Of a stretch of DNA of 64,000 bases, positions 49,672-59,718 are shown piece by piece. How positions within the stretch are numbered: position 1 is the first letter of the stretch; each line of letters opens with the position of its first letter. The position numbers were made by a program, and so were the translations under genes. The notes under the pieces are model-generated. The model saw nothing but the letters and a program-made list of their open reading frames with translations, searched no databases and was not told where the DNA came from. Source of the DNA: Bacteroidales bacterium (GTDB lineage: Bacteria; Bacteroidota; Bacteroidia; Bacteroidales; UBA7960); assembly GCA_031323845.1 (NCBI GenBank), contig JAVIYP010000003.1, positions 11,007-75,006 on the forward strand, read 5' to 3'.

Positions 49672-49679
49672 CAAAAGTA
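49672..49679 (-). promoter_or_regulatory. -7 promoter box TACTTTTG upstream of the rhomboid gene
   Basis: The reverse complement of CAAAAGTA matches TAnnTTTG. It lies 18 nt upstream of the ATG at 49653. Confidence 0.45.
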
Positions 49680-49757
49680 GGCTTTTTATTGTTTACTTCA
49701 AATCAACGGCATTACTGAACCTGATATAAAAAAATGGCGGTTGATCATTATATTTCG

Positions 49758-49765
49758 TACTTTTG
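49758..49765 (+). promoter_or_regulatory. -7 promoter box TACTTTTG upstream of the DUF360/holin-like gene
   Basis: It matches TAnnTTTG exactly and lies inside the longer track ORF. This supports the ATG at 49806 as the start. Confidence 0.45.
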
Positions 49766-49805
49766 CATATTATGCAAACTGGTCTGTTCAGATAAAACCG
49801 ATGTT

Positions 49806-50156
49806 ATGAACTTTTTGATCAAAACCCTTATTTCAACTTTTGCGGTAGTCATTACATCCTACCTGCTTGGTGGTGTGCATGTTGATAGTTTTGTGGCTGC
49901 TCTTGTCGTAGCTTTTGTGCTGGGTGTGCTTAATATGATTTTGAAACCTGTGCTGATCATCCTTACCATACCCGTAACCATTTTGAGTCTTGGGCTTTTT
50001 CTTTTGGTTATCAACGCGTTTATTATTCAGCTGGCCGCCTATATCGTGCCGGGTTTTGAAGTAAACACCTTCTGGTGGGCGCTGTTATTCAGCATTATTC
50101 TGTCACTTGTAACCTGGTTCCTCGAGCTTCCTGCCAAAAGCCGAAGAGGCGTCTGA
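49806..50156 (+). CDS. Small membrane protein, DUF360 / phage-holin-4-like (YvlD family)
   Basis: MNFLIKTLISTFAVVITSYLLGGVHV is followed by four hydrophobic helices, and the protein is about 116 aa. The family is common in non-phage contexts. Confidence 0.6.
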   Translation: MNFLIKTLISTFAVVITSYLLGGVHVDSFVAALVVAFVLGVLNMILKPVLIILTIPVTILSLGLFLLVINAFIIQLAAYIVPGFEVNTFWWALLFSIILSLVTWFLELPAKSRRGV

Positions 50157-50273
50157 AACAACCTCAACCCAATACGGGTTATTCGTTTTTCAAACAGTGA
50201 AAATAATTGATTAAAAAATCGCCGGGAATACACCCCGGGCTTAAGCCTTTTGATAAATAGAACAGAGGTGCCG

Positions 50274-50936
50274 TTACTCTTTGAGCAAATCCCTGAACAA
50301 TTGCTCAAACTTTTTCACCTTGGGAGAGATCACCATCTGGCAGTATGCCTGATAAGGATTTCGTGCAAAATAGTTCTGATGATAATCGCTGGCCGCGTAA
50401 AAGGCATCCAGCGGACTTAACTCGGTAACAATCGGATCATCCCATATTCCTTCTCTGCTCAGTGCGGCAATTGCCTGTTCAGCCTTGTTCTTTTGTTCCT
50501 CGTTGTGGAAAAAGATGACCGAGCGGTATTGAGGTCCTATATCATTTCCCTGGCGGTTGAGGGTGGTAGGATCGTGGACTTTAAAAAAGACTTCCAGAAG
50601 TTGTAGATATGATATTGCTGATGGATCATAGGTGATCTGCACCACTTCTGCGTGACCGGTATTCCCGGCCACAACCTGTTCATAGGTCGGATGCTCCAGG
50701 TGTCCGCCTGCAAAACCTGAAGTAGCACTTTTTACACCGTTTAATCTTGAAAAAACAGCTTCAATACACCAGAAACAACCGCCCCCGAACGTTGCTACTG
50801 TCCATTCGGTCTGATTTTTGTCTGTCATGTTTTTCATTGTTTCATTATACATATGGAATTGACTATTATGCCCCGTGAACTGCAATCCGGCAATCAGAAA
50901 AGCCGTTAAAAAAGCTATATGGTTTATCAAAGTCAC
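50274..50936 (-). CDS. msrA: Peptide-methionine (S)-S-oxide reductase
   Basis: It has the catalytic motif GGGCFWC. The track start is a GTG that gives a hydrophobic N-terminal segment. An internal ATG start (MKNMTDKNQ) is also possible. Confidence 0.85.
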   Translation of the reverse strand: MTLINHIAFLTAFLIAGLQFTGHNSQFHMYNETMKNMTDKNQTEWTVATFGGGCFWCIEAVFSRLNGVKSATSGFAGGHLEHPTYEQVVAGNTGHAEVVQITYDPSAISYLQLLEVFFKVHDPTTLNRQGNDIGPQYRSVIFFHNEEQKNKAEQAIAALSREGIWDDPIVTELSPLDAFYAASDYHQNYFARNPYQAYCQMVISPKVKKFEQLFRDLLKE

Positions 50937-51240
50937 AGCAATGCTTTATGTAATGGTTGAGCCGGGTGGCTGCTCTGATGCGGACCCACAACTAACAGAA
51001 TACTCTGAGTATGCTCCGCACAGATACCTCTCTTTGTTCCGGTTTTGTTTACCAGATGGTAAACAGTCGAACTGCGGAAATTGTTTATGCGGGCTGTTTT
51101 GAAGCGTTTGCATGGTACATTGATTTTCAGGTTGATTGATGAGAAATGTATATAAATACGGCATATGATTTTAACTTTTATTTCAGAATGTTGTAATTTC
51201 GCAATGAAAAATGAAAGGAGTTTCACTAATTCATACAACG

Positions 51241-52431
51241 ATGAATAATAAAAAATTCAAAGGAACGATTGCAATTCTGACAGGCGGAGGAGATGTGCCC
51301 GGGCTCAATCCGGCCATACGCGCCATTACTATCCGTGCTCTGCGGGAAAACTACCGGGTGATAGGTATCCGGCGTGGCTGGGCCGGTTTGATGGAAATCG
51401 TTCGTGACAAAAAAGCAGACAACAGTTTAAACTATATTGATCTTTCTGAGGATCTTGTAAACAGGGCAGGACGTACCGGGGGTACCTTTCTTCATACATC
51501 CAGAACACGCCCGAGCCACGTGCCGGCAAAACATGTACCTGAGCAATACAAGGACAAGTATACGGAGGAGATCAATGACCTGACGCCCGAGGTTTTAAAG
51601 AATATTGACTTTTTGGGTATTGACTACCTGATACCTATAGGAGGCGACGATACCCTGAGTTACGGTGTCCGGATGTACCAGGAAGGAATGAGGGTGGTTG
51701 CCATACCAAAGACTATGGATAACGATGTGCCCGGAACCGATTATTGCATTGGTTTCAGCACCTGTGTGACCCGCACCATTCATATGGCAAACTTGCTCAG
51801 GACGTCAGCCGGTTCACACGAACGTATTCTGGTTATGGAGGTTTTTGGCCGTTATGCGGGCTTTACAGCCCTTTTGCCAACCATGGCGGGTGCCGCTAAC
51901 CGTTGCGTTATTCCAGAATATAAGTTTGACATTGAGCATCTTACAGAACTTCTTGTTGAAGACAGGCGAAAGAATCCAAGCAATTACTCCGTTGTCCTGG
52001 TGTCTGAGGGCGCGTCTTTTAAAGGGGTGGATATGATGTTTCAAAGCACGGAAAAAGATATGTACGGGCACGCAAAACTGGGCGGCATCGGCGATGCTGT
52101 ATCTGCTAAGATCAAAGAGCTGAGTCCGAAATTCAACAAGGGTAAAAGAGTGGAAACCATAAACCAGTACCTGGGTTACCTGGTCCGCTCAGGAGACCCC
52201 GACGCAATCGACAGCATTGTGCCCATGGCCTACGGCAACCTTGCACTGGACCTGATTCTGCAAGGTATTCACGGCAGGTTGGTGATCCTGAAAAATGGCC
52301 GCTACGACAACATACCTGTTGATATCATAACAAGTACTAAAAAACTTATTGACGTTAACAAACATTACAACACAAACAGGCTGCGACCTGTATATGAATC
52401 CTTTATAGACAAACCGCTCTTCCTTATCTAA
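51241..52431 (+). CDS. 6-phosphofructokinase, probably pyrophosphate-dependent
   Basis: The TGGGDVPGLN motif marks the family. GGDDT and PKTMDND have Asp and Lys at the two positions that are Gly in ATP-dependent enzymes. The start at 51241 (MNNKKF) gives the usual N-terminal length, but the ATG at 51211 is also possible. Confidence 0.85.
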   Translation: MNNKKFKGTIAILTGGGDVPGLNPAIRAITIRALRENYRVIGIRRGWAGLMEIVRDKKADNSLNYIDLSEDLVNRAGRTGGTFLHTSRTRPSHVPAKHVPEQYKDKYTEEINDLTPEVLKNIDFLGIDYLIPIGGDDTLSYGVRMYQEGMRVVAIPKTMDNDVPGTDYCIGFSTCVTRTIHMANLLRTSAGSHERILVMEVFGRYAGFTALLPTMAGAANRCVIPEYKFDIEHLTELLVEDRRKNPSNYSVVLVSEGASFKGVDMMFQSTEKDMYGHAKLGGIGDAVSAKIKELSPKFNKGKRVETINQYLGYLVRSGDPDAIDSIVPMAYGNLALDLILQGIHGRLVILKNGRYDNIPVDIITSTKKLIDVNKHYNTNRLRPVYESFIDKPLFLI

Positions 52432-52441
52432 GGATGAAGAC

Positions 52442-52479
52442 AAAAAAAGCAGGCCGTTCAAAACAGCCTGCTTTTTTTA
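52442..52479. terminator. Bidirectional intrinsic terminator between the pfk gene and the DUF4168 gene
   Basis: The sequence is A7-AGCAGGC-CGTTCAAAACA-GCCTGCT-T7, lying between convergent stops at 52431 and 52495. Confidence 0.8.
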
Positions 52480-52494
52480 TCTGTGCTTTGCCAA

Positions 52495-52950
52495 TTACTG
52501 CATCAGCTTCTGAACCCTTTGCTGCACTTCAGGATTCTGCTGGTAAGCAGCCATGATTTCTTCATATTTCTCTACCGTCAACCCCTCATCTTCAATCTTG
52601 CCAATGATCACAGCCTCCAGTTCAATCTGGATGTACTCAATCTCTTCGGTCAGATCAATAAAAACTTCAATCTCGGCTTCCGTGCCATCTATTTCATCAA
52701 GCGGCATTTCCATAGCCTGCATATAAAGCTCATTGAATCTTTGCACCGTCATTTCATATTCTTCAATTTTTTGCATCATCTGCATCTGACCTTGCTGTTG
52801 AAGCGAAATAACCTGAACAACGGCATTTGCAAAACCTTTTAACTCCTCATCACTGAAACCATCCTGTTTTGCCTGGGCAGGCATTGAAAACAAAAGAAAC
52901 AGGGTGGCAATGATTGCAGTAAAATAACTCCTCTTTTTTGATAAATACAT
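52495..52950 (-). CDS. DUF4168 domain protein (secreted)
   Basis: It has a signal peptide ending in AQA, followed by DEELKGFANAVVQVISLQQQ, which is typical of DUF4168. Confidence 0.55.
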   Translation of the reverse strand: MYLSKKRSYFTAIIATLFLLFSMPAQAKQDGFSDEELKGFANAVVQVISLQQQGQMQMMQKIEEYEMTVQRFNELYMQAMEMPLDEIDGTEAEIEVFIDLTEEIEYIQIELEAVIIGKIEDEGLTVEKYEEIMAAYQQNPEVQQRVQKLMQ

Positions 52951-53113
52951 AATGTTTTTTTTTGGAAATGAGAATGTAATGATTTAAAATTTAACCGATT
53001 AATCGGCAAAGGTAGGAAAGTCCTGCCTTAAATCCAAAAAGCATCTTATGTTTAACATAAATTGTAGGCCTCCTGGAGAGCTGTTGATGGAAAAAAATAC
53101 ACATGGTGACGGC

Positions 53114-53121
53114 TAAATTTG
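53114..53121 (+). promoter_or_regulatory. -7 promoter box TAAATTTG upstream of mutS
   Basis: It matches TAnnTTTG exactly and lies inside the track ORF that starts at 53103. This argues for a downstream start. Confidence 0.45.
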
Positions 53122-53153
53122 TATTTTTGTTACTATATCAAAAATGCTGCAGC

Positions 53154-55778
53154 GTGGCAAAACAGGCATCAAAATATGTAGACACCCCGTTAATGAAGCA
53201 GTACTATGGCATCAAGGCCAGGTATCCTGATGCCTTACTGTTGTTCAGGGTGGGGGATTTTTATGAGACTTTTGGTGATGATGCCATCAAGACTTCTGAG
53301 ATCCTGGGTATTGTGCTTACCCGCAGAGCCAATGGGGCGGCTTCTTATGTTGAACTGGCGGGTTTCCCGCATCATGCGATTGACACCTATCTGCCCAAGC
53401 TGGTAAGAGCCGGTCAGAGAGTAGCCATTTGTGATCAGCTCGAAGATCCGAAGCAGGCAAAAAAGATCGTAAAACGAGGCGTTACCGAACTGGTTACACC
53501 CGGCATCGCGTTCAGCGACAAAGTGCTTGATCATAAAGAAAACAACTTTCTGGCTTCGCTCCATTTTGATGAAAGCATTACCGGGATCGCCCTGCTTGAT
53601 GTTTCTACCGGGGAGTTTTTGTGCGACCAGGGGAACAGGGAGTATATGGACAAACTCCTGCAAAGCTTCCGGCCAAGCGAGATCGTGGTTCAGAAAAAAA
53701 ACCTCCGGTTTGCCCGTGAGAACCTTCCCGGCAAATATCATATAAGTGCTCTGGATGACTGGGCATTTACACGCGATTTTGCCGACGACCTGCTGCTGAA
53801 ACACTTTGGCACCGTTTCATACAAAGGCTTTGGCATTGAAGAACTGCATCAGGGCATCATTGCCGCCGGCGCGGTGATGCATTATCTCAGCGAAAGTCGC
53901 CACGATAAACTGCCTCACATCAACCGCATATCGCGCATCGATCAAAGCCGCTTTGTGTGGCTTGACAAGTTTACCATACGTAATCTTGAAATACTGGAGT
54001 CAGTCAACGAAGGGGCCACCACCCTTAAAGACGTGCTGGACCATACCATTTCCCCCATGGGCAGCAGGTTACTGAAGCGATGGATCATTCTGCCGCTGAA
54101 AGATAAAGCGCTCATCAGTGAACGCCACGACGTTGTTGAGTACCTGTTAAATGAGCCTGGTGTTGCCGAAGCCATGGCAGATCACCTCCGGCAGATTGGT
54201 GATCTTGAACGGCTGATTTCAAAAGTTGCCGTTGGCAAGGTTAACCCGCGCGAACTGCAGCAGATCCGCAAAGCCCTGAGCGTTGTAGAACCCTTGCGCA
54301 CCCTGTGTTCAGAGAGCGACTGTGTGCCTCTGAAAAAGGCTGCCGACCAGATGAATCCCTGTACATTCATACGCGACCGGATTACCCGTGAAATAAAAGA
54401 AGAGCCATCGGCGCTGATAGCCAAAGGAAATGTAATTGCCGAAGGCGTCTCTGAAGAACTTGACGAGTTGCGTAACATTGCCTACTCAGGTAAAGACTAT
54501 CTTGCGCGCTTGCGTCAGCGGGAAATTCAACGTACCGGTATCCCCTCCATCAAGATATCGTTCAACCAGGTTTTCGGTTATTACCTTGAGGTTACCAATA
54601 CGCACAAGGATAAGGTTCCTGATGATTGGCAGCGCAAGCAAACCCTTACCAATGCCGAGCGCTATATCACCCCGGAACTCAAGGAATATGAGGAAAAGAT
54701 CCTGAGTGCGGAAGAAAAGATACTGCAGCTTGAAGAACGTCTGTTCAGGGAACTAGTTTTGGCGGTTACCGAATATGTCGAACCTATCCAGGTTAATGCC
54801 AATGTCATTGCGCGTATCGACTGCCTGTTGTGCTTCGCTCATATCGCTGAGCAATACCGCTACGTCCGGCCCGAAATGAACGACACCTATGTGCTCGATA
54901 TTAAAGGAGGGCGTCACCCGGTAATTGAACAGCAGCTGCCACCGGGAGAAGCCTATGTTGCCAACGATGTCTGGCTCGACAATGAAAGGCAGCAGGTCAT
55001 GATCATTACCGGGCCGAACATGTCGGGTAAATCCGCGCTGCTCAGGCAGTGCGGGCTTATTGTCCTGCTGGCGCAGATGGGTAGCTTTGTTCCCGCCGAC
55101 AGCGCCTCCCTGGGTATCGTCGACAAGATCTTTACCCGTGTGGGTGCCTCCGACAACATCTCCTCGGGTGAGTCAACCTTTATGGTGGAAATGAATGAAA
55201 CGGCCAGCATCCTTAACAATATTTCTGACCGTAGCCTTATCCTCCTGGATGAGATCGGACGCGGAACAAGCACCTACGATGGCATCAGCATTGCCTGGGC
55301 CATTGCCGAATACCTGCATGAGCATCCGATGTTCAGGGCAAAAACACTCTTTGCCACACACTACCACGAGTTGAACGAAATGGCAGAGTCGTTCCAGAGA
55401 ATCAAAAATTACAATGTGTCGGTTAAGGAAGTCAGGAACAGCGTGATCTTTTTGCGCAAACTGGTACCCGGCGGCAGCGAACACTCCTTTGGCATTCATG
55501 TGGCCCGGATGGCCGGCATGCCCCCCTCGGTGATAGAACGCGCCAAAGACCTGCTTGTGCACCTCGAAAAAACGCACAGTCACGACGCGCTCACCGAAAA
55601 AGGGAAAAAATCAACCGGAAGTAAAAAGACTGACGACTTTCAGCTCAGCTTTTTTCAGCTTGATGACCCCTTGTTGCAACAAATCAAGGAAGACATCCTG
55701 AATACTGACATCGACACGCTGACTCCGGTCGAGGCACTGATGAAGCTGAATGAGATAAAAAGGCTGCTGGGCAAATAA
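53154..55778 (+). CDS. mutS: DNA mismatch repair protein MutS
   Basis: [30 protein letters not shown] aligns with the MutS mismatch-binding N-terminus. It has Walker A GPNMSGKS and the TFMVEMNE and [12 protein letters not shown] motifs. I prefer the GTG at 53154 because the ATG at 53103 lies upstream of the -7 box; this start is uncertain. Confidence 0.9.
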   Translation: MAKQASKYVDTPLMKQYYGIKARYPDALLLFRVGDFYETFGDDAIKTSEILGIVLTRRANGAASYVELAGFPHHAIDTYLPKLVRAGQRVAICDQLEDPKQAKKIVKRGVTELVTPGIAFSDKVLDHKENNFLASLHFDESITGIALLDVSTGEFLCDQGNREYMDKLLQSFRPSEIVVQKKNLRFARENLPGKYHISALDDWAFTRDFADDLLLKHFGTVSYKGFGIEELHQGIIAAGAVMHYLSESRHDKLPHINRISRIDQSRFVWLDKFTIRNLEILESVNEGATTLKDVLDHTISPMGSRLLKRWIILPLKDKALISERHDVVEYLLNEPGVAEAMADHLRQIGDLERLISKVAVGKVNPRELQQIRKALSVVEPLRTLCSESDCVPLKKAADQMNPCTFIRDRITREIKEEPSALIAKGNVIAEGVSEELDELRNIAYSGKDYLARLRQREIQRTGIPSIKISFNQVFGYYLEVTNTHKDKVPDDWQRKQTLTNAERYITPELKEYEEKILSAEEKILQLEERLFRELVLAVTEYVEPIQVNANVIARIDCLLCFAHIAEQYRYVRPEMNDTYVLDIKGGRHPVIEQQLPPGEAYVANDVWLDNERQQVMIITGPNMSGKSALLRQCGLIVLLAQMGSFVPADSASLGIVDKIFTRVGASDNISSGESTFMVEMNETASILNNISDRSLILLDEIGRGTSTYDGISIAWAIAEYLHEHPMFRAKTLFATHYHELNEMAESFQRIKNYNVSVKEVRNSVIFLRKLVPGGSEHSFGIHVARMAGMPPSVIERAKDLLVHLEKTHSHDALTEKGKKSTGSKKTDDFQLSFFQLDDPLLQQIKEDILNTDIDTLTPVEALMKLNEIKRLLGK

Positions 55779-55806
55779 TCAGGGAAAGCGGTAATGGGAT
55801 CAAAGA

Positions 55807-56322
55807 TCAGTTTCTGTAACCCAGTCGCTGCAGCACGTCATCACTGAGGTCATATCGCACATCGGTGAAAATCATGGAAGCACCCCCGGCTTTGTCAAAA
55901 ATAACCGCATAGTTACCCCTGTTGGCAATATGTTCAACAGCATCATAGATCCTGTCCTGGATGGGTTTGATGAGCTCCTGCCGTCTCGTAAAAAGCTCTC
56001 CATCTCTTCCGAAACGCTGCATCTGCATCTGTTTTGCCTCTCTTTCCTTGTTGATGATATGCTCTTCTCGCTGGCGCTTCATTTCTTCGGGAAGCAAGGG
56101 TGCCTCTGCCTGATATTCGCGGTATAAACGGTCGATCTCGGCAAACATGCCTTCAATTTCAGTCTGCCATTCCATGGATAATTGTTCTATCTCCCGCTCA
56201 GCCGCCTGGTATTCCGGAATGTTCTCCAGTATATATTCGGTGTCAATAAAGGCGAATCGCTGCGCCGACACAGCCATTGAGAAACCGGCAAGCAGCATTA
56301 TAAATACAAATGTTTTTTTCAT
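55807..56322 (-). CDS. OmpH/Skp family periplasmic chaperone
   Basis: It has the signal peptide MKKTFVFIMLLAGFSMAVSAQ and a coiled-coil-rich body, and lies immediately downstream of bamA. I prefer the ATG at 56322 over the TTG at 56337. Confidence 0.85.
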   Translation of the reverse strand: MKKTFVFIMLLAGFSMAVSAQRFAFIDTEYILENIPEYQAAEREIEQLSMEWQTEIEGMFAEIDRLYREYQAEAPLLPEEMKRQREEHIINKEREAKQMQMQRFGRDGELFTRRQELIKPIQDRIYDAVEHIANRGNYAVIFDKAGGASMIFTDVRYDLSDDVLQRLGYRN

Positions 56323-56347
56323 AGGAAAGTCCTCCAAACAGGATTAA

Positions 56348-58849
56348 TTAATCAATGGTATGTCCGATAGAAAAGTGGAACTGGCCTCCATGTGCACCCG
56401 GACGGCCGGGGATTTCATCGAAACCGTATCCATAGTCGATGCCCATAAGTCCGAACATCGGCAGGAATATCCTGAGGCCGACGCCCACAGACCGTTTAAA
56501 GTCAAACGGATTGAAGGAGTTGATGTTGGCCCAGGCATTACCTCCTTCAACAAAAGCAAGGGCGTAAATAGTGGCCATGGGGTTTAACGATACCGGATAA
56601 CGCAGCTCCATGGTGTATTTGTTATATGCATTTGCCCCGATAAATTCACCTGCTGCATTCGTTGGTGTTAACGAATAGTTGGTATATCCCCGCAAAGCAA
56701 TGATCTCACGGCCATCTATTTCCCAGCCTGAAAGCCCGTCACCGCCAAGATAAAACCTTTCAAAGGGCGGATAACCAATATCCGAATTATAAAAGCCTAG
56801 AAATCCGAACCTGATGCGGGCCGTGAAAATCAGATCACCCAGAACAGGGGCATACCAATTTCCCCTGAATTTCCACTTGTGGTATTCGAGCCACTTGTAT
56901 TTTTCCTGCGGCGTGGCTTCGTCCATGTCTTTGCCGCTGATCAGAGAATACGGCGGCGTCAGTTGCAGGGAGAGTGAGACTTCTGAACCCGTCCTGGGAA
57001 ACAAAGCCGCATCAACGGAGTTACGCCCGAAGACCACATTGTAGCTCAGGTTATTCGATTGCCCGTTGTCAAAGATAAAACGAATCGGGCTGTTCAGGAT
57101 GTCATAATACTGGTAGTTAATTGACTGTTGCAGGAAAAAATAGTCGTCGGGTACCGACAGCCGCCTGGCAAGTCCTACCGATGCACCGATGATGGAGTAA
57201 TAACCGTAATCCGGATGTGTCCTGGCCAGGTTTCTCCGGTGCGTGGTTTGATAAAAGGCCAGACTGAGCGAATTGGGTCGCTTCCCTCCAAGCCAGGGTT
57301 CAGTAAAAGAAGCACTGTAGGAAATATAACCCCTGCCGTAAGTTTGTGCACGCAACGACAGCCGCTGACCATCACCGGTAGGCAAGGGCCTCCATGCCTC
57401 CCTGTTGAATATATTCCTGGTGGAAAAATTATTAAAGGATATACCTACCGTTCCGATGATGCGGTTAGCCCCCCATCCGCCCGAAAGTTCAATCTGGTCT
57501 GATGATGTTTCTTCAACAATGTACTCAAGGTCAACGGTGTTGTCGGCCGGATTAGGAATAGGGTTCACAGTTATCTTTTCCTGATCGAAGAAACCCAGTT
57601 GTATGATCTCACGCTGGCTTCTGATGATGGCAGACCGGCTGAAAAGCTGTCCGGGCCTGGTCCGGATCTCCCGCATAATCACATGGTCGTTGGTCCGGGT
57701 GTTACCCCTCACCGAAACCCTGTTGATAGTGGCAGGTTCTCCCTCGTAAATCCTGATTTCCAAATCAATGGAGTCGTTCATGACGGCCACCTCCACCGGG
57801 TCCAGACTGAAAAACAAGTACCCGATATCCATATACAGAGAGCTTACGTCTCCCTGCTCCATGTTCATGAACAGGTTCTTCTCCAGCTTGTTGTGATTGT
57901 AAATATCGCCGGGCCGGATGTCCAGTACCTCGTTCAGCACCTCCTCTGAGTACACCGTGTTCCCGATCCATTCTATGTTACGGAAATAATAGGTCGGACC
58001 CTCGTAAATATAGATGTCAATCTCAATTCTGTCATCATCAACAAAATAAACAGTATCCCTGAGAATCTTGGCATCCCGTTTCCCGATTTCATTGTACCGG
58101 TCAATCAGCATGATTTTATCTTCCTCAAAATCATCTTCAACAAGTCGTGACGATGAAAAAAGAAACCGCAGGCTGCGTTCACGGGTGTTTTTAAGAATGC
58201 GTTTTATCTGCCAGTCGCTCAGGGCCTCATTACCATGAATGTTTACGTTGCTGATCCTTGTTCTTTTGCCCCTGTCGATATCGAACTCCAGGATCATGCT
58301 GTTGACCCTTGTGGTATCTTCGATCTTTCTGATTTCTACGCTGGGTCGGAGGAATCCTTTTTTGATGTAATAATCTTTGATGGCACTTTCGGCTCTGAAC
58401 AATACGCTTTCGGTCAGCATATCGCCACGGGTAAGCCGTAACTTTTCCTCAAGCTTATCGGCATCGGAGCGTCTGGCTCCTTTAAATTCGTATCGTGTCA
58501 GCCTTGGTCTTTCGGCCACTTCAATATCAAGAAAAATTATATTGTCCTGGATAGAGGTTACGCCAATGCTGACATGCCTGAACAGGTCCTGCCTCCAGAG
58601 GTTGGTCACTGCGTTGGTGATTTCTTCGCCGGGGACCAAAATACTTTGCCCGACGGAAAGCCTGCTGGCGATGATAACGAGGTTGTCGTTGACCGACTGG
58701 TTGCCGCTGACGGATATTCCTCCGATCTCATATTCTCCCGGGTTCATTGGGTCAATAACGATCTGATCTCCTGTCAGTACTTGCTGCGCATGCACGTTAA
58801 CAGGAGTTAAAAACAGAAGACCCAGAAGCAACAGAAAAACTTTGTTCAT
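56348..58849 (-). CDS. bamA: Outer membrane protein assembly factor BamA
   Basis: It has a signal peptide, five POTRA-like repeats, and a C-terminal beta-barrel ending in an aromatic-rich strand. It sits in the conserved uppS-bamA-skp arrangement. Confidence 0.95.
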   Translation of the reverse strand: MNKVFLLLLGLLFLTPVNVHAQQVLTGDQIVIDPMNPGEYEIGGISVSGNQSVNDNLVIIASRLSVGQSILVPGEEITNAVTNLWRQDLFRHVSIGVTSIQDNIIFLDIEVAERPRLTRYEFKGARRSDADKLEEKLRLTRGDMLTESVLFRAESAIKDYYIKKGFLRPSVEIRKIEDTTRVNSMILEFDIDRGKRTRISNVNIHGNEALSDWQIKRILKNTRERSLRFLFSSSRLVEDDFEEDKIMLIDRYNEIGKRDAKILRDTVYFVDDDRIEIDIYIYEGPTYYFRNIEWIGNTVYSEEVLNEVLDIRPGDIYNHNKLEKNLFMNMEQGDVSSLYMDIGYLFFSLDPVEVAVMNDSIDLEIRIYEGEPATINRVSVRGNTRTNDHVIMREIRTRPGQLFSRSAIIRSQREIIQLGFFDQEKITVNPIPNPADNTVDLEYIVEETSSDQIELSGGWGANRIIGTVGISFNNFSTRNIFNREAWRPLPTGDGQRLSLRAQTYGRGYISYSASFTEPWLGGKRPNSLSLAFYQTTHRRNLARTHPDYGYYSIIGASVGLARRLSVPDDYFFLQQSINYQYYDILNSPIRFIFDNGQSNNLSYNVVFGRNSVDAALFPRTGSEVSLSLQLTPPYSLISGKDMDEATPQEKYKWLEYHKWKFRGNWYAPVLGDLIFTARIRFGFLGFYNSDIGYPPFERFYLGGDGLSGWEIDGREIIALRGYTNYSLTPTNAAGEFIGANAYNKYTMELRYPVSLNPMATIYALAFVEGGNAWANINSFNPFDFKRSVGVGLRIFLPMFGLMGIDYGYGFDEIPGRPGAHGGQFHFSIGHTID

Positions 58850-58857
58850 TTTCAGGA

Positions 58858-59619
58858 TTAGATTCCAATATTTTTAGATACCACCTCACGTTCCTCAACT
58901 TTCCCGAACCGGCGTTCACGCTTTTGATAGTCAATGATGGCCTGGTACAGGTGTTCTCTTCTGAAGTCGGGCCAGAATACCGGAGTAAAGTACAATTCGG
59001 CGTAGGCAATCTGCCAGAGCAGGAAATTGCTGATGCGCTGTTCACCGCTCGTCCGAATCAGCAGGTCCGGGTCGGGTGTGTCGGGTGTTTCCATACAGGC
59101 CTGGAACATATCCTGATCAATTTGGTCGGGACTGATAAGCCGGTCGGCTACTTTCTGTGCTATTTTCTGTGCTGCCCTGACAATTTCCCATCGTGCACTG
59201 TAACTTAAAGCAACCGTTACTATCAGTTTTTCATTTTTTGAAGTGAGTTCAATCGCTTCGTGAAGTTGTTCCCTGCAGCGCTGTGGCAGTGCTTCAAGAT
59301 CACCTATGGCCCGGAGTCTGACACCGTTTTTGTTGAGTTCGGGTGTTTCGTTTTCAATTGCCCTGACGAGAAGGTCCATCAGCGTTTCAACTTCCAGAAG
59401 GGGGCGAAGCCAGTTTTCAGTGGAAAACGCAAAAAAAGTAAGGTACTTCACGCCAATTTCCGCAGCGGCTTTTACCGTATCCCGAACGGCTTCGATACCG
59501 TTCTCATGCCCGAAAATCCTCTCTTTGCCACGCTGATTAGCCCATCTTCCGTTGCCATCCATAATGATGGCAATATGTTGCGGGAGATTTCCCTTGTCAA
59601 TGTATTGCGTTAAATCCAT
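58858..59619 (-). CDS. uppS: Isoprenyl transferase (undecaprenyl diphosphate synthase)
   Basis: It has the HIAIIMDGNGRWA motif and the C-terminal RISNFLLWQIAYAELYF motif. Confidence 0.95.
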   Translation of the reverse strand: MDLTQYIDKGNLPQHIAIIMDGNGRWANQRGKERIFGHENGIEAVRDTVKAAAEIGVKYLTFFAFSTENWLRPLLEVETLMDLLVRAIENETPELNKNGVRLRAIGDLEALPQRCREQLHEAIELTSKNEKLIVTVALSYSARWEIVRAAQKIAQKVADRLISPDQIDQDMFQACMETPDTPDPDLLIRTSGEQRISNFLLWQIAYAELYFTPVFWPDFRREHLYQAIIDYQKRERRFGKVEEREVVSKNIGI

Positions 59620-59718
59620 CCTTTACCTATAAGTATAACCACTGCAAAAAGTGGCACAAATTTCCGAAATTCTTTCGACAAATAAAAGGAAATGTGACGG
59701 GTTTATACATTTTTAATG

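Noticed and set aside
49806-50156. The phage-holin family name as a hint of a prophage.
   Set aside because: No other phage-like genes (integrase, terminase, capsid, lysin) occur nearby. This DUF360/YvlD family is widespread as a chromosomal membrane protein.
50221-50240. A possible terminator hairpin, CCGGG-AATACAC-CCCGG, between the DUF360 gene and msrA.
   Set aside because: The stem is only 5 bp and lacks a convincing adjacent U-run, so the evidence is too weak to report as a feature.
50933-51238. ORFs of 72-101 aa in the msrA-pfk divergent spacer.
   Set aside because: They overlap one another in different frames, are AT-rich with odd composition, and sit where two promoters are expected.
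53014-53023. AGGAAAGTCC, which resembles the conserved RNase P RNA P4 sequence.
   Set aside because: The intergenic region is only about 150-200 bp, and none of the other conserved RNase P elements are present around it.
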